DNA from: Candidatus Dormiibacterota bacterium
GTDB taxonomy: Bacteria; Chloroflexota; Dormibacteria; Dormibacterales; Dormibacteraceae
Direction: 5' to 3'
Assembly (NCBI GenBank): GCA_036378435.1
Contig: DASUWK010000070.1
Location: forward strand, 2,340 to 66,339
Length of the DNA stretch: 64,000 nucleotides
The notes under the pieces are model-generated. The model did not search any database. It was not told the DNA's origin and saw only the letters and a program-made list of their open reading frames with translations. Made by a program: the position numbers and the translations under genes. How positions within the stretch are numbered: the first letter of the stretch is position 1; every line of letters starts with the position of its first letter. Below, one piece after another: positions 53,726-62,278 of the stretch.

Positions 53726-56242
53726 ATGGCGGCGGCCCTGGAGGCCTGGCGGGCCTGGCTTCTGACCGAGCAGCCCGGTCGGGACCCGGGCCCCGACCTC
53801 GAAGTGGTGCGCTTGGGGCTGGAAGGTGGCTTGCGAACCGAGCAGATCGCGGCGTTGGTGCACGCGCAGACCGGCCGCGCGAGCTGGGCTGAGCAGGCCT
53901 GGCTGGCGCAGGGGCGAGCGGAGCTGGACTCAGCCCTGGCTCGGCTGCGAGCCGCACCGCCCGGCAGGTCGCGCGCTGAGGTTGAGCAGCTCTGGGGCTC
54001 GCTCGCCCAGCAGATCGGGTCGGCCCAGCCCGCCTCGGCAGTGGCCGCGCCGGCTTCCTCGGCTGCCGTCGCGCAGCCGCGACAGCCCTTCTCGTGGAGC
54101 CAGTTCTTCAGCGAGCACGCAATCCAGCTGCTCGGGTATTCCGGCGCCTTCCTGCTCGGCGTCGCCGTTCTCCTCTACGACCTGAGCGGGCAGTCGCCGG
54201 GCCGGTTCTTCGCGCTGGCCGCGCTCGACCTGGCGCTGTTCGCAGCGGCGTACGCATCCTCGCGGCTGTCTTTGCTGCGCGTGCTGGCACAGGCCTACGT
54301 GGCGATGGCGGCCCTGCTGCTGCCGCTGACCCTGCTCGCGGCATACGTCTTTCTCAACCTGCAGGCCCAGGTTCCCGTCCTGGCCGCGCTGGCGCTGGGC
54401 GGCGTCATCTGCGCCCTGACCTACGGCGCGCTGGCCATGTCGCTCCGATCGACTCTTTACAGCTGGGTGAGCCTGCTGGCGCTGACCGCCGCGGTGTTCT
54501 GCGGCGTGCAGCAGCCGCTGCGTGACGGCCAGGCCGGTGACGGAGTGGCGGCCCTCGGGTTGGTTCTGGTCGCAGTCGGGGTGCGGCTGCCCGCCGCCCT
54601 CAAGCCGGCCGCGGTCTGGCTGGGGCGTCTGCTGCCCGGCGTCGGCGCCCTGATGGTGCTGCCGATCCAGGCCGCCGCCAGGCCTGAGGCGGCGCCCGAC
54701 TCGAGCGTCGCCCTCAGCTTCGCGCTGGCGCTCGCCACGGCCGCCTACGCCGCCTGGGTCAGGCTGGAGCGCAGGCCCGAGCTGTACGCGCTGCCCGCTT
54801 ACACCGCGACGTTGCTGGTGCTGAGCCTTGCCTGGCTGCTGCACCCGCCGGCCCTGGCGTGGCAGTGGGTGCTGCTGGTGCTGGCCCTGGCCAACGTCGC
54901 CACCGGCAGGCTGCTCCCGGCGGTCCGGATGTGGGAAGAGGCGGCCGCCGGGGTGCTGTTCGCCTTCGCGGTGGCCGCCATGGGAGGGAGCGCGGGCGGC
55001 CAGGCGCTCTTCTTTGTGGTGGCTCTCGCGGCCGGCATCGCCGTGGCGGTTGGCTGGCGCAGCCGCCTTTGGAGCCTGTACGCGGCGCTTCTGCTGCTTG
55101 CCGGCTGGTACTGGTTCGGCAAGGCCCTCCTGCCCGCCCCGGCCAATCCGGGCCCCGATGACCTGGCCCGCCTGTACTCCCCCGTCCCCTTGGTACTCCT
55201 GACCGCCGGCGCGCTGCGCCGCCGCTACCTGGTCCCCGACCAGCGCCAGGTCATGTACGGAGGGTTCGCCGTCGTCGCGCTGTGGGTTGCCTTCACGGCC
55301 GCAGCCGCCGTCGACGACACTTTTGCCGGCGCCGCGCTCGTCGTCTACTCGATCGTCGGCTTCGCCCTCGCGCTGTGGGAAGAGTGGCGGGGGCTCACCG
55401 CGGCCGCGCTGGTCGGGCTGCTCGCCGGCTTCGGGTTCCTGCTGGCCGCCAGGACCACGGAGGTGGCGAGCTTCCTGCTTCTGGTCGCCATTGCGGCAGC
55501 CGTCAGCCTGGGCGCCGCCCGCGCACTGGAGGTTCTCAAGGGTGCTGAGTGGGCCGCCTGGCCGAGGTATCTCGGGCTGGCCGAGGCGGGCGCCTCCGCG
55601 GTCGTGGCTGCCGGAGTCGCCTGGTCGCTGGGACGCAGCTCAACCCTCATCGAGCTCGGGCTGGTCATGGTGATCGCTGCGGGCGCCCTGGCCTGGTACT
55701 CACTTCGCGGGCCGAGGGAGAGCCTCTACGCGGCGGTGTTCGTGGCCGGCGCCCTCTTCATCCCGATCTCCGCCGGGCTTGGCGTGAGCGAAAGCCAGTG
55801 GCGCCTCGACCCCATCGCGCTCATCCTGCTCGGGCTCGGCGCGCGAGCGCTCTCGGACGCCGGTCTCAGGTCGCCGAGGGCCAGCGCGGTGTGGCTGCAG
55901 GCGGCGGGGCTGGCCCTGCTGCTCGGCCTGACGACCGTGCAGATCCTGAATGCCTGGGGCGGTCCTTCGCAGGCGTCGTACACGGGCGTGCTGGCGCTGG
56001 AGGGCGTGCTCTGCATCGTGCTCGGCGTCGCCATGCGCTCTCGCTGGCCGGCCGCCGCGGGTGGCTTGGCGCTCGTCGTGGCCGCGGTGTCCGCCCTCTT
56101 CCAGCTGGCGACGCAGCTGCCGCTCTCGGCGATCTTCGGGCTCCTGGCCGGGGTGTTGATCGCAGGCGCGACTGTGCTCGCCCTGCTGCGGGGCCGGGTA
56201 CGTCAGCTCGAGGGCGGCCGCGCCTGGTCGGAGTGGCTCTGA
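53726..56242 (+). CDS. Large polytopic membrane protein of unknown function
   Basis: 838 aa. A soluble N-domain of ~125 aa is followed by roughly 20 Ala/Leu/Gly-rich hydrophobic segments running to the C-terminus. I recognised no catalytic motif. Confidence 0.6.
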   Translation: MAAALEAWRAWLLTEQPGRDPGPDLEVVRLGLEGGLRTEQIAALVHAQTGRASWAEQAWLAQGRAELDSALARLRAAPPGRSRAEVEQLWGSLAQQIGSAQPASAVAAPASSAAVAQPRQPFSWSQFFSEHAIQLLGYSGAFLLGVAVLLYDLSGQSPGRFFALAALDLALFAAAYASSRLSLLRVLAQAYVAMAALLLPLTLLAAYVFLNLQAQVPVLAALALGGVICALTYGALAMSLRSTLYSWVSLLALTAAVFCGVQQPLRDGQAGDGVAALGLVLVAVGVRLPAALKPAAVWLGRLLPGVGALMVLPIQAAARPEAAPDSSVALSFALALATAAYAAWVRLERRPELYALPAYTATLLVLSLAWLLHPPALAWQWVLLVLALANVATGRLLPAVRMWEEAAAGVLFAFAVAAMGGSAGGQALFFVVALAAGIAVAVGWRSRLWSLYAALLLLAGWYWFGKALLPAPANPGPDDLARLYSPVPLVLLTAGALRRRYLVPDQRQVMYGGFAVVALWVAFTAAAAVDDTFAGAALVVYSIVGFALALWEEWRGLTAAALVGLLAGFGFLLAARTTEVASFLLLVAIAAAVSLGAARALEVLKGAEWAAWPRYLGLAEAGASAVVAAGVAWSLGRSSTLIELGLVMVIAAGALAWYSLRGPRESLYAAVFVAGALFIPISAGLGVSESQWRLDPIALILLGLGARALSDAGLRSPRASAVWLQAAGLALLLGLTTVQILNAWGGPSQASYTGVLALEGVLCIVLGVAMRSRWPAAAGGLALVVAAVSALFQLATQLPLSAIFGLLAGVLIAGATVLALLRGRVRQLEGGRAWSEWL

Positions 56243-56243
56243 G

Positions 56244-56582
56244 CTAGGCGTTCAGCGCCGTCAGCAGGTCTTCCAGGGCCAGCAGCCGCGCCACCAGAGC
56301 TCTAGCCGGCTCTCCCAACTCACCGGCGGCGGCCCAGACGGCCTGGTTGCCCTCGGCGTGACGGACGGCGAGCATCTTCTGCTGGTTGGAGTCCAGCCGG
56401 CCCCGGGCGGCGATCGCGGCTTCCACCAGGGAGCCGACCCAGCTGGCGTAGTAGGCGACTTCCTGGGCGCGCGAGTCGTCCTCGGCCAGCAGCGGGAACG
56501 GCCGGGCGCAGTGCTCGGCCCAAAGGGCTCGCAGCCGCCTCAACTCTGGCGGCTCACCCTCCGGCTCGAAGCTTCTCGACAA
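56244..56582 (-). CDS. Hypothetical protein
   Basis: 112-aa ORF whose TTG start overlaps the icd 3' end by 29 nt. An alternative TTG at 56543 would give 99 aa. I recognised no family. Confidence 0.35.
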   Translation of the reverse strand: MSRSFEPEGEPPELRRLRALWAEHCARPFPLLAEDDSRAQEVAYYASWVGSLVEAAIAARGRLDSNQQKMLAVRHAEGNQAVWAAAGELGEPARALVARLLALEDLLTALNA

Positions 56583-57645
56583 CCGCGTCGGCGACCTGGC
56601 TGGTCCCCACGGCGCTGGGATCGTCGCGTATCGGCTTGAGGTCGTAGGTCACGGACTTGCCTTCGGCGATCACCGCGGCGATCGCCGCCTCGAGCCGGTC
56701 GGCGGATTCGTCCTCCTGGAGGTAGCGGAGCATGAGGACCCCGGAGAGCATCACCGCCATCGGGTTCACCTTGTTCTGCCCCGTGTACTTGGGAGCCGAC
56801 CCGTGTGTGGCTTCGAAGACCGCCCCGTTGGTGCCGATGTTCGCCCCCGGCGCCAGGCCGAGACCGCCGATCATGCCCGCGCCGAGGTCCGAGATGATGT
56901 CGCCGTACAGGTTGGGGCAGCAGAGGACGTCGTACTCACGCGGTCGCAGCACCAGCTGCATGCACATGTTGTCGACGATCCGGTCCTCGAACTCGATGTC
57001 GGGATTGCGCTCCGCGACGCGCCGCGCGACCGCCAGGAAGAGGCCGTCGGTGTGCTTCATGATGTTCGCCTTGTGCACAGCGGTGACCTTGCGCCGGCCG
57101 TAGCGCCGGGCATGGTCGAAGGCGAACTGCACGATCCGCTCCGAGCCTGAGATCGAGATCGGCTTGATCGAGAGACCGCTGTCGGGCCGGATCCGCTTGC
57201 CCGAGGCCTCGGAGATCTCCTTCACGAAGCGGTCCGCCTGCTCCGAGCCCTGCTCGAACTCGATCCCCGCGTAGATGTCCTCGGTGTTCTCGCGGACGAT
57301 GACGAGGTCGAGGTCGTCGATCAGGTTGCGCGCGCCGCGGTAGGCCTTGATCGGCCTGACCAGCGCATACAGGTCGAGCTCCTGGCGGAGCGCGACGTTG
57401 ACGCTCCGGAACCCGGTCCCCACAGGCGTGGTGATCGGTCCCTTCAAGGCCACTCCGTTGCGGCGGATCGAGTCGAGCACGTGCTCGGGCAGCGGGGTGC
57501 CGAACTCGGCCATGACGTTCTCGCCCGCCTGCTGGACGTCCCAGTCGAACTGCACGCCCGTCGCTTCGAGCACGCGGACCGCGGCGTCGCAGATCTCCGG
57601 TCCGACGCCGTCCCCCGGGATCAGCGTTACGGAGTGGCGAGCCAC
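56554..57645 (-). CDS. icd: Isocitrate dehydrogenase (short, homodimeric-type isocitrate/isopropylmalate dehydrogenase family)
   Basis: Start taken at GTG 57645. Motifs: TLIPGDGVGPEI; FRSVNVALRQELDLYALVRP (IDH substrate loop); VRENTEDIYAG; NLYGDIISDL. Confidence 0.85.
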   Translation of the reverse strand: MARHSVTLIPGDGVGPEICDAAVRVLEATGVQFDWDVQQAGENVMAEFGTPLPEHVLDSIRRNGVALKGPITTPVGTGFRSVNVALRQELDLYALVRPIKAYRGARNLIDDLDLVIVRENTEDIYAGIEFEQGSEQADRFVKEISEASGKRIRPDSGLSIKPISISGSERIVQFAFDHARRYGRRKVTAVHKANIMKHTDGLFLAVARRVAERNPDIEFEDRIVDNMCMQLVLRPREYDVLCCPNLYGDIISDLGAGMIGGLGLAPGANIGTNGAVFEATHGSAPKYTGQNKVNPMAVMLSGVLMLRYLQEDESADRLEAAIAAVIAEGKSVTYDLKPIRDDPSAVGTSQVADAVVEKLRAGG

Positions 57646-57655
57646 CTGGCGGTTC

Positions 57656-57898
57656 TTACTTCTGGAAGTAGTCGGCGTTGACCTTGATGAAGCTGTTCCA
57701 CTCCGCGGGGACCTCGTCCTCCGGGTAGATCGCATCCACCGGGCAGGGGTCCACGCAGGCTCCGCAGTCGATGCACTCGTCAGGGTCGATGTAGTACATG
57801 TCGGCCGCATCGTCCGTGTGGATGCAGTCGACCGGGCAAACCTCGACGCACGACGCGTCTTTGATGCCGATGCAGGGTTGCGTGATGACGTAGGCCAT
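57656..57898 (-). CDS. fdxA: 7Fe-type ferredoxin (FdxA-like)
   Basis: 80 aa: MAYVITQPCIGIKDASCVEVCPVDCIH...DECIDCGACVDPCPVDAIYPEDEVP..W..F...N. The listed 305-aa ORF has a non-coding-looking N-extension. Confidence 0.9.
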   Translation of the reverse strand: MAYVITQPCIGIKDASCVEVCPVDCIHTDDAADMYYIDPDECIDCGACVDPCPVDAIYPEDEVPAEWNSFIKVNADYFQK

Positions 57899-58027
57899 CC
57901 GCGGCCAAGGGTAGCAGACAGCCTTAACAGGTCCTCGGAAGCGCTGTTGTGCTGTTAAGCTGCCTCGCTGACTGGCGAAAAGCCGGCATTCGCGAGGGGA
58001 GGGAAAAGCCTGAGAACCGTTGTCGGC

Positions 58028-58672
58028 ATGGCCGCCTTCGTCGGCGCCTTCGTTGCCGCGATAGCTTCTGTGGCGGCCTGGCAGGCAGAGAGCCACGTCC
58101 CGGCGAGAACGCACGTCGTGGCCCGGCGCGTCGCGCTCCCCGCGGCCCCTCGCATCGTGCTGGCGCCCTCGCCCTCTCCTTCCCAAATCGCGCCTGCCCC
58201 GGTCCCAAGCCCCGCTGTCGCGGGCGTCTCGGCTGCTCCAGCGACCACGGCGCCGCCCACCCCCGCCCGAACGCCCCCGCCCGCGCCGCCGGCGCCTCCC
58301 GCGATCGTCGTCGGGTCGTACCAGCAGCGTCTGATCAACGAGGATCGGGCTGCAAATGGGCTCGCGCCTCTGACCTGGAGCTCCTGCTTGGCGGGCGTCG
58401 CCGCCCAGAACGCGGGGCGCATGGCCGGCCAGGGCTACGTATCGCATGCCAACGGCATCTCGGCTGATCTCGGCTGCGGCCTGGGCGGCTTTGCGGGCGA
58501 GAACCTGGGCTACTGGACGGGCGGAGTCAACGACGTCCAGCTGAACGCGATGTTCATGAACAGCTCCGAGCACAGGGCGAACATCCTGAACTCGACATTT
58601 CGCTACGTCGGCACCGCTTGGGCGACGGCTCCCAACGGCACCGCGTATCTCGCGGTGGAGTTCGAGACCTAG
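58028..58672 (+). CDS. Secreted CAP/SCP (YkwD-like) domain protein
   Basis: 214 aa. N-terminal anchor/signal, a Pro/Ala-rich linker and a CAP core (RLINEDRAANGLAPLTW...GENLGY...MNSSEHRANIL...YVGTAW). Confidence 0.75.
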   Translation: MAAFVGAFVAAIASVAAWQAESHVPARTHVVARRVALPAAPRIVLAPSPSPSQIAPAPVPSPAVAGVSAAPATTAPPTPARTPPPAPPAPPAIVVGSYQQRLINEDRAANGLAPLTWSSCLAGVAAQNAGRMAGQGYVSHANGISADLGCGLGGFAGENLGYWTGGVNDVQLNAMFMNSSEHRANILNSTFRYVGTAWATAPNGTAYLAVEFET

Positions 58673-58818
58673 CCGAACTCGCGGCGGGCCCCCACGGGCT
58701 GGACGCGCGTAACGTCACGGCATGGTCAGGTCGCGCGTCCCAGACCGGAACCGCCGGTGCAGCCGCCGCCGACCCCGCATCCGGGACCTGACCCACCACG
58801 GTCCTTCTCCGGGTACCA

Positions 58819-59244
58819 TTGGTTATAGCGTTGCTGACAAGATTTCCCAAACGAACTGACCGGCGATGGCTCGTCTGGCTTCTGCTCCTGGCCCTCGCTC
58901 AAGGCGTTGACGTGCTGACCACGCGCGTCGACATCGGCCGCGGAGCGCTGGAGGGCAACGTGGTCGCCGCGCATGTGCTCGCGGTCAACGGCTTTGTCGG
59001 CCTGCTCTTCGTCAAGCTGGCGCTGGTGGCCGTGATGGCGGCCGCGATCCTGCTAGCGATCCGCTACGCGGACGACCATCCAGGGCGGCGGGCCAGCCTG
59101 GTGCAGGGCGTCGTCTGGCGCGGCCTCCAGCTGTGCGTTCTCGTCCTCTTCGTGACGGGCCTGCACAATGTCTTAGTGCTAGCCGCGCTGCAGGGCTGGA
59201 ACACCCCCACCCTCCTCACCACCCTGCCGCTGATTCTTCATTGA
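58819..59244 (+). CDS. DUF5658-like small membrane protein
   Basis: The TTG start is at 58819 or 58831. About 4 TM helices. LALAQGVDVLTTRV...EGN resembles DUF5658 proteins, which are often found beside GT-C genes. Confidence 0.5.
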   Translation: MVIALLTRFPKRTDRRWLVWLLLLALAQGVDVLTTRVDIGRGALEGNVVAAHVLAVNGFVGLLFVKLALVAVMAAAILLAIRYADDHPGRRASLVQGVVWRGLQLCVLVLFVTGLHNVLVLAALQGWNTPTLLTTLPLILH

Positions 59245-59260
59245 TCGCGGACCGGCCCTG

Positions 59261-61129
59261 ATGGCCGGGCTCACCGCACCTACCCCGGCTCGGCCGAGCG
59301 AGCGCGCCCAGGCCGTCCTGTCCGCGCTGGCGCTGCCCCGATTGCGGGTGCCCGGCTGGGTCGCGGCCTTCTTCATCTGCTTCGTGCCCGCGGTGCTGGT
59401 GGCTTCCGGGCAGCCGATCTGGTCGCGCGTCGACGAGGCGCAGCACTGGGACTTCGTCGCTCACCTCGCCCAGGGCAGCTACCCGGTCGAAGGGCGAACG
59501 ATGATCCTGCAGAGCACGGTCGACCTGATGGCGGAGACCGGGATCTTCCGCTGGAACGTGCCGGGCGACCAGCCGCTTCCGCTGCAGCGCGAGGTCTCGC
59601 AGTTCACCACCGTGCCTTCCTACCTGCACGGCTACGCACGGAGGCTGTGGGTTCAGCGGCACATCTGGTGGTTCTCGTACGAGGCGGGCCAGCCGCCTCT
59701 CTACTACCTCGCCGCCGTGCCGTTCTGGCTGGCCGGAAACCACCTGGCCGGGCCCGAGGGGGCCGTGTACGCCGTCCGCGTCCTCGACGCGCTCCTCGTC
59801 GGCTGCCTCGGCCTGCTCGCCTTCCTCCTGGCTCGGACGGTCTTTCCGGGCCGGCGGGTGGTCGCATGGCTTTCGGCGGTCGTCGTGGCGGTGCTGCCCG
59901 GGCTGCTGCTCAACGGCTCCCAGGTCACGAACGACACGCTGGCCGGCGTGCTGGGCGCGGCCACTCTGCTGGCGGCGGTGCGCGGCCTTCGGAGCGGCTG
60001 GCCGGCGCGCTCGGTGGTCCTCGTGGGCTTTCTTTTCGGCGCCGCCCTCCTGACGAAGCTGACTACGACCGGCCTTGCCTTGCCGCTCCTGGCGGCCTTC
60101 GCCTGGCCGTCGATAAGGGCGAGGAAGCTCGTGCGGCGAGATCTTCTCAACGGCTGCGTCGCCGCCGGGATCGCGGTGATCGTCGTCGTGCCGTGGCTGG
60201 TCCTCAACCTGCACCTCTACGGCCACGTGCTGCCCTCCGCCGCCAGCCGGAACCTGATCGGTGCGATCTTCCCGACCGTCGTGCCCAGCCCCGGGTTCGT
60301 CCTGAGCAGCTTGCGGAACGGGTTCGCAACCTTCTGGGCGGGGGAGCCGTACCGCGAGGTTCCGCTCCACCAGCTGACCACCTACCTGATGGCGGCCTGG
60401 TGCGCGGTCGCCCTCTACACGATCTGGCGCATCTACCGGCGCGATCCCCGCGGCTTCGTCACCACGGCGGTAGGGCTCGCCCTGCTGGCCACGGCCGGCG
60501 AGGTTATGTGGTCGCTGGTGACGCTCGAGGTCTCTGGAGTGGGCGGCCACATCCCCGGCCGCTACCTGTTCCCGGCTCTCGCAGCGATCGTGGTGCTCTG
60601 CGTCGGCGGGCTTCTCGAGGTGGTTCGTACGCAGGCTGTGCGGGCCGCCGTCTTCGGTCTGTTGGTGGCTGGGGCCGCCGTCAACGTGGGCGGCTTCCTG
60701 CTGGGCTTCAACGGCTATCCGGTAGTCCATCGCACCGGGCCGTCAGCGGCGTCCAGCTACCACCTCGTGCGTGGACAGGGCGACTTCTTCGGGGCGCGGG
60801 TCACGGTGGACGAGCTGGCGGCCGATCCCTCGAACGGCTCTCTTTGGTTCCATCTGACGGTCGTGAACACATCGGACGGCCCTATCGAATGGTGGCCCGT
60901 GCTGTACGTGACCTTGCCCGGCGGACAGAGCCAGGAGGGGCAGTACAGCGGCTCGACGCAGTTCCCCGACTCCATCGCCGCCGGCCAGAGCACCTCGGGC
61001 TGGGCCAAGGTTCCCATCCAGCCCTTCCAGCTGAATTGGCCGACGCCGATGCAGGCCGAACTCGTCGACATCGCGGCCGACGGCTACCGCCACCTCGGCG
61101 ACTTACAGCTGAAGCTCCTCCCCGCCTAG
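59261..61129 (+). CDS. GT-C fold membrane glycosyltransferase (PMT_2/ArnT-like) with a C-terminal extracytoplasmic beta-rich domain
   Basis: 622 aa, ~11-13 TM helices. The first external loop has an acidic DEAQH motif after TM1. The C-terminal ~150 aa are soluble (LWFHLTVVNTSDGPIEWWP...). Confidence 0.65.
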   Translation: MAGLTAPTPARPSERAQAVLSALALPRLRVPGWVAAFFICFVPAVLVASGQPIWSRVDEAQHWDFVAHLAQGSYPVEGRTMILQSTVDLMAETGIFRWNVPGDQPLPLQREVSQFTTVPSYLHGYARRLWVQRHIWWFSYEAGQPPLYYLAAVPFWLAGNHLAGPEGAVYAVRVLDALLVGCLGLLAFLLARTVFPGRRVVAWLSAVVVAVLPGLLLNGSQVTNDTLAGVLGAATLLAAVRGLRSGWPARSVVLVGFLFGAALLTKLTTTGLALPLLAAFAWPSIRARKLVRRDLLNGCVAAGIAVIVVVPWLVLNLHLYGHVLPSAASRNLIGAIFPTVVPSPGFVLSSLRNGFATFWAGEPYREVPLHQLTTYLMAAWCAVALYTIWRIYRRDPRGFVTTAVGLALLATAGEVMWSLVTLEVSGVGGHIPGRYLFPALAAIVVLCVGGLLEVVRTQAVRAAVFGLLVAGAAVNVGGFLLGFNGYPVVHRTGPSAASSYHLVRGQGDFFGARVTVDELAADPSNGSLWFHLTVVNTSDGPIEWWPVLYVTLPGGQSQEGQYSGSTQFPDSIAAGQSTSGWAKVPIQPFQLNWPTPMQAELVDIAADGYRHLGDLQLKLLPA

Positions 61130-62278
61130 CCACACCCGCCCCGCCCGCGGGCCGTACGCCCAGCCGAAGGCGCCCTCGTGGTCCGCCTCCCAGGCCACGA
61201 GGTCCGCGAGCAGGCCTGGTTCGAGCCGCCCTCGGTCCGTCCGCCCGAGCGAGGCCGCGCCACCGGCGGTGGCAGCCGCGAGCGCATCGTCCACGCTGAG
61301 GCCGAGCCCGGCGATGGCGAGCGAGACGACCAGCGCCATCGAGGTGATGCCGGAGGTCCCTGGGTTGTGGTCGCTGCCCAGGGCGATGGTGCAGCCGGCG
61401 CGTTGGAGCTCGGCCACCGGCGGACGGACGCCCAGCGAGAGAGCCGTCGCCGGAGCCAGCGTCGCCACCACGCCGGCCGCCGCCAGGCTGTCGGCGTCCT
61501 CGGCGGTGATCCTCAACAGGTGGTCGGCGGACACGGCGTGCAGTTCCGCAGCCAGCCGCGAGCCGCCCGTGCGGGCCAGCTCGTCGGCATGAATGCGCGG
61601 CTTGAGGCCCGCCGCCGCGCCCGCGGCCAGGACTGTGCGGCTCTCCTCCACCGAGAAGTAGCCCTCGTCGCAGAAGACGTCGCAGAACTCCGCCCCGGCC
61701 GCCGCTGCTGCCGCGGACCAGCCGGCCGCCGCCTCGGCATATTCGGCGCGGCGCCGAGACCACTCCGGCGGCGTCGCGTGCGCAGCCAGCAAGGTGACGC
61801 CCAGCCGGGGGAGCCCGGCCGCGCCGTCGAGGTCGCGAAGGAGCTCGACCGCGGCCAGCTCACCGGCCTGTGTGAGGTCGTAGCCGGTCTTGACCTCCAC
61901 CGTGGTTGCGCCGCCCGCCGGCCACGCTCTCAGCCGCTCGCGAACGATTGACGCCAGCTCCTCGCGTGTCGCCTGCCGAGTGGCTGCGACGGTCGCCGTG
62001 ATGCCGCCGCCGGCCTGTGCGATCTCGGCGTAGCCCGCTCCGGCTGAGCGCCGGGCGACCTCCTCCAGGCGCGGCCGGACGTAGACGGGATGCGTGTGGG
62101 CGTCGACCAGGCCCGGCGTGAGCAACGCGCCGTGCAGGTCCTCGGCGTCGGCTTCGCCCGGCGGCGTCCCCTCCCCCACCCAGGCGATGCGGTCGCCGTC
62201 CAGCAGCACCGATCCGCGCGCCAGCGTGCCCGCCGGCCCGGCGGTGAAGATGCGCGCGTTGGTCAGCAGCAGCTTCAC
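61103..62278 (-). CDS. hutI: Imidazolonepropionase
   Basis: GTG 62278 overlaps the hutF stop (GTGA). Motifs: GLVDAHTHPVY, VEVKTGYDL, HADEL, GSDHNPG. Confidence 0.9.
   Translation of the reverse strand: MKLLLTNARIFTAGPAGTLARGSVLLDGDRIAWVGEGTPPGEADAEDLHGALLTPGLVDAHTHPVYVRPRLEEVARRSAGAGYAEIAQAGGGITATVAATRQATREELASIVRERLRAWPAGGATTVEVKTGYDLTQAGELAAVELLRDLDGAAGLPRLGVTLLAAHATPPEWSRRRAEYAEAAAGWSAAAAAAGAEFCDVFCDEGYFSVEESRTVLAAGAAAGLKPRIHADELARTGGSRLAAELHAVSADHLLRITAEDADSLAAAGVVATLAPATALSLGVRPPVAELQRAGCTIALGSDHNPGTSGITSMALVVSLAIAGLGLSVDDALAAATAGGAASLGRTDRGRLEPGLLADLVAWEADHEGAFGWAYGPRAGRVWLGGEELQL

Noticed and set aside
58726-58974. 82-aa minus-strand ORF ending in a Gly/Cys-rich tail (GGSGPGCGVGGGCTGGSGLGRAT), which looked like a possible RiPP or bacteriocin precursor.
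   Set aside because: Most of it lies antisense to the DUF5658-like gene. There is no RBS or plausible start near the Gly/Cys segment, and no maturation or export genes are adjacent. GGC/GGT-rich runs arise easily in this composition. The flanking 9-bp inverted repeat GGACGCGCG/CGCGCGTCC (58701-58740) is more simply a hairpin after the CAP gene.
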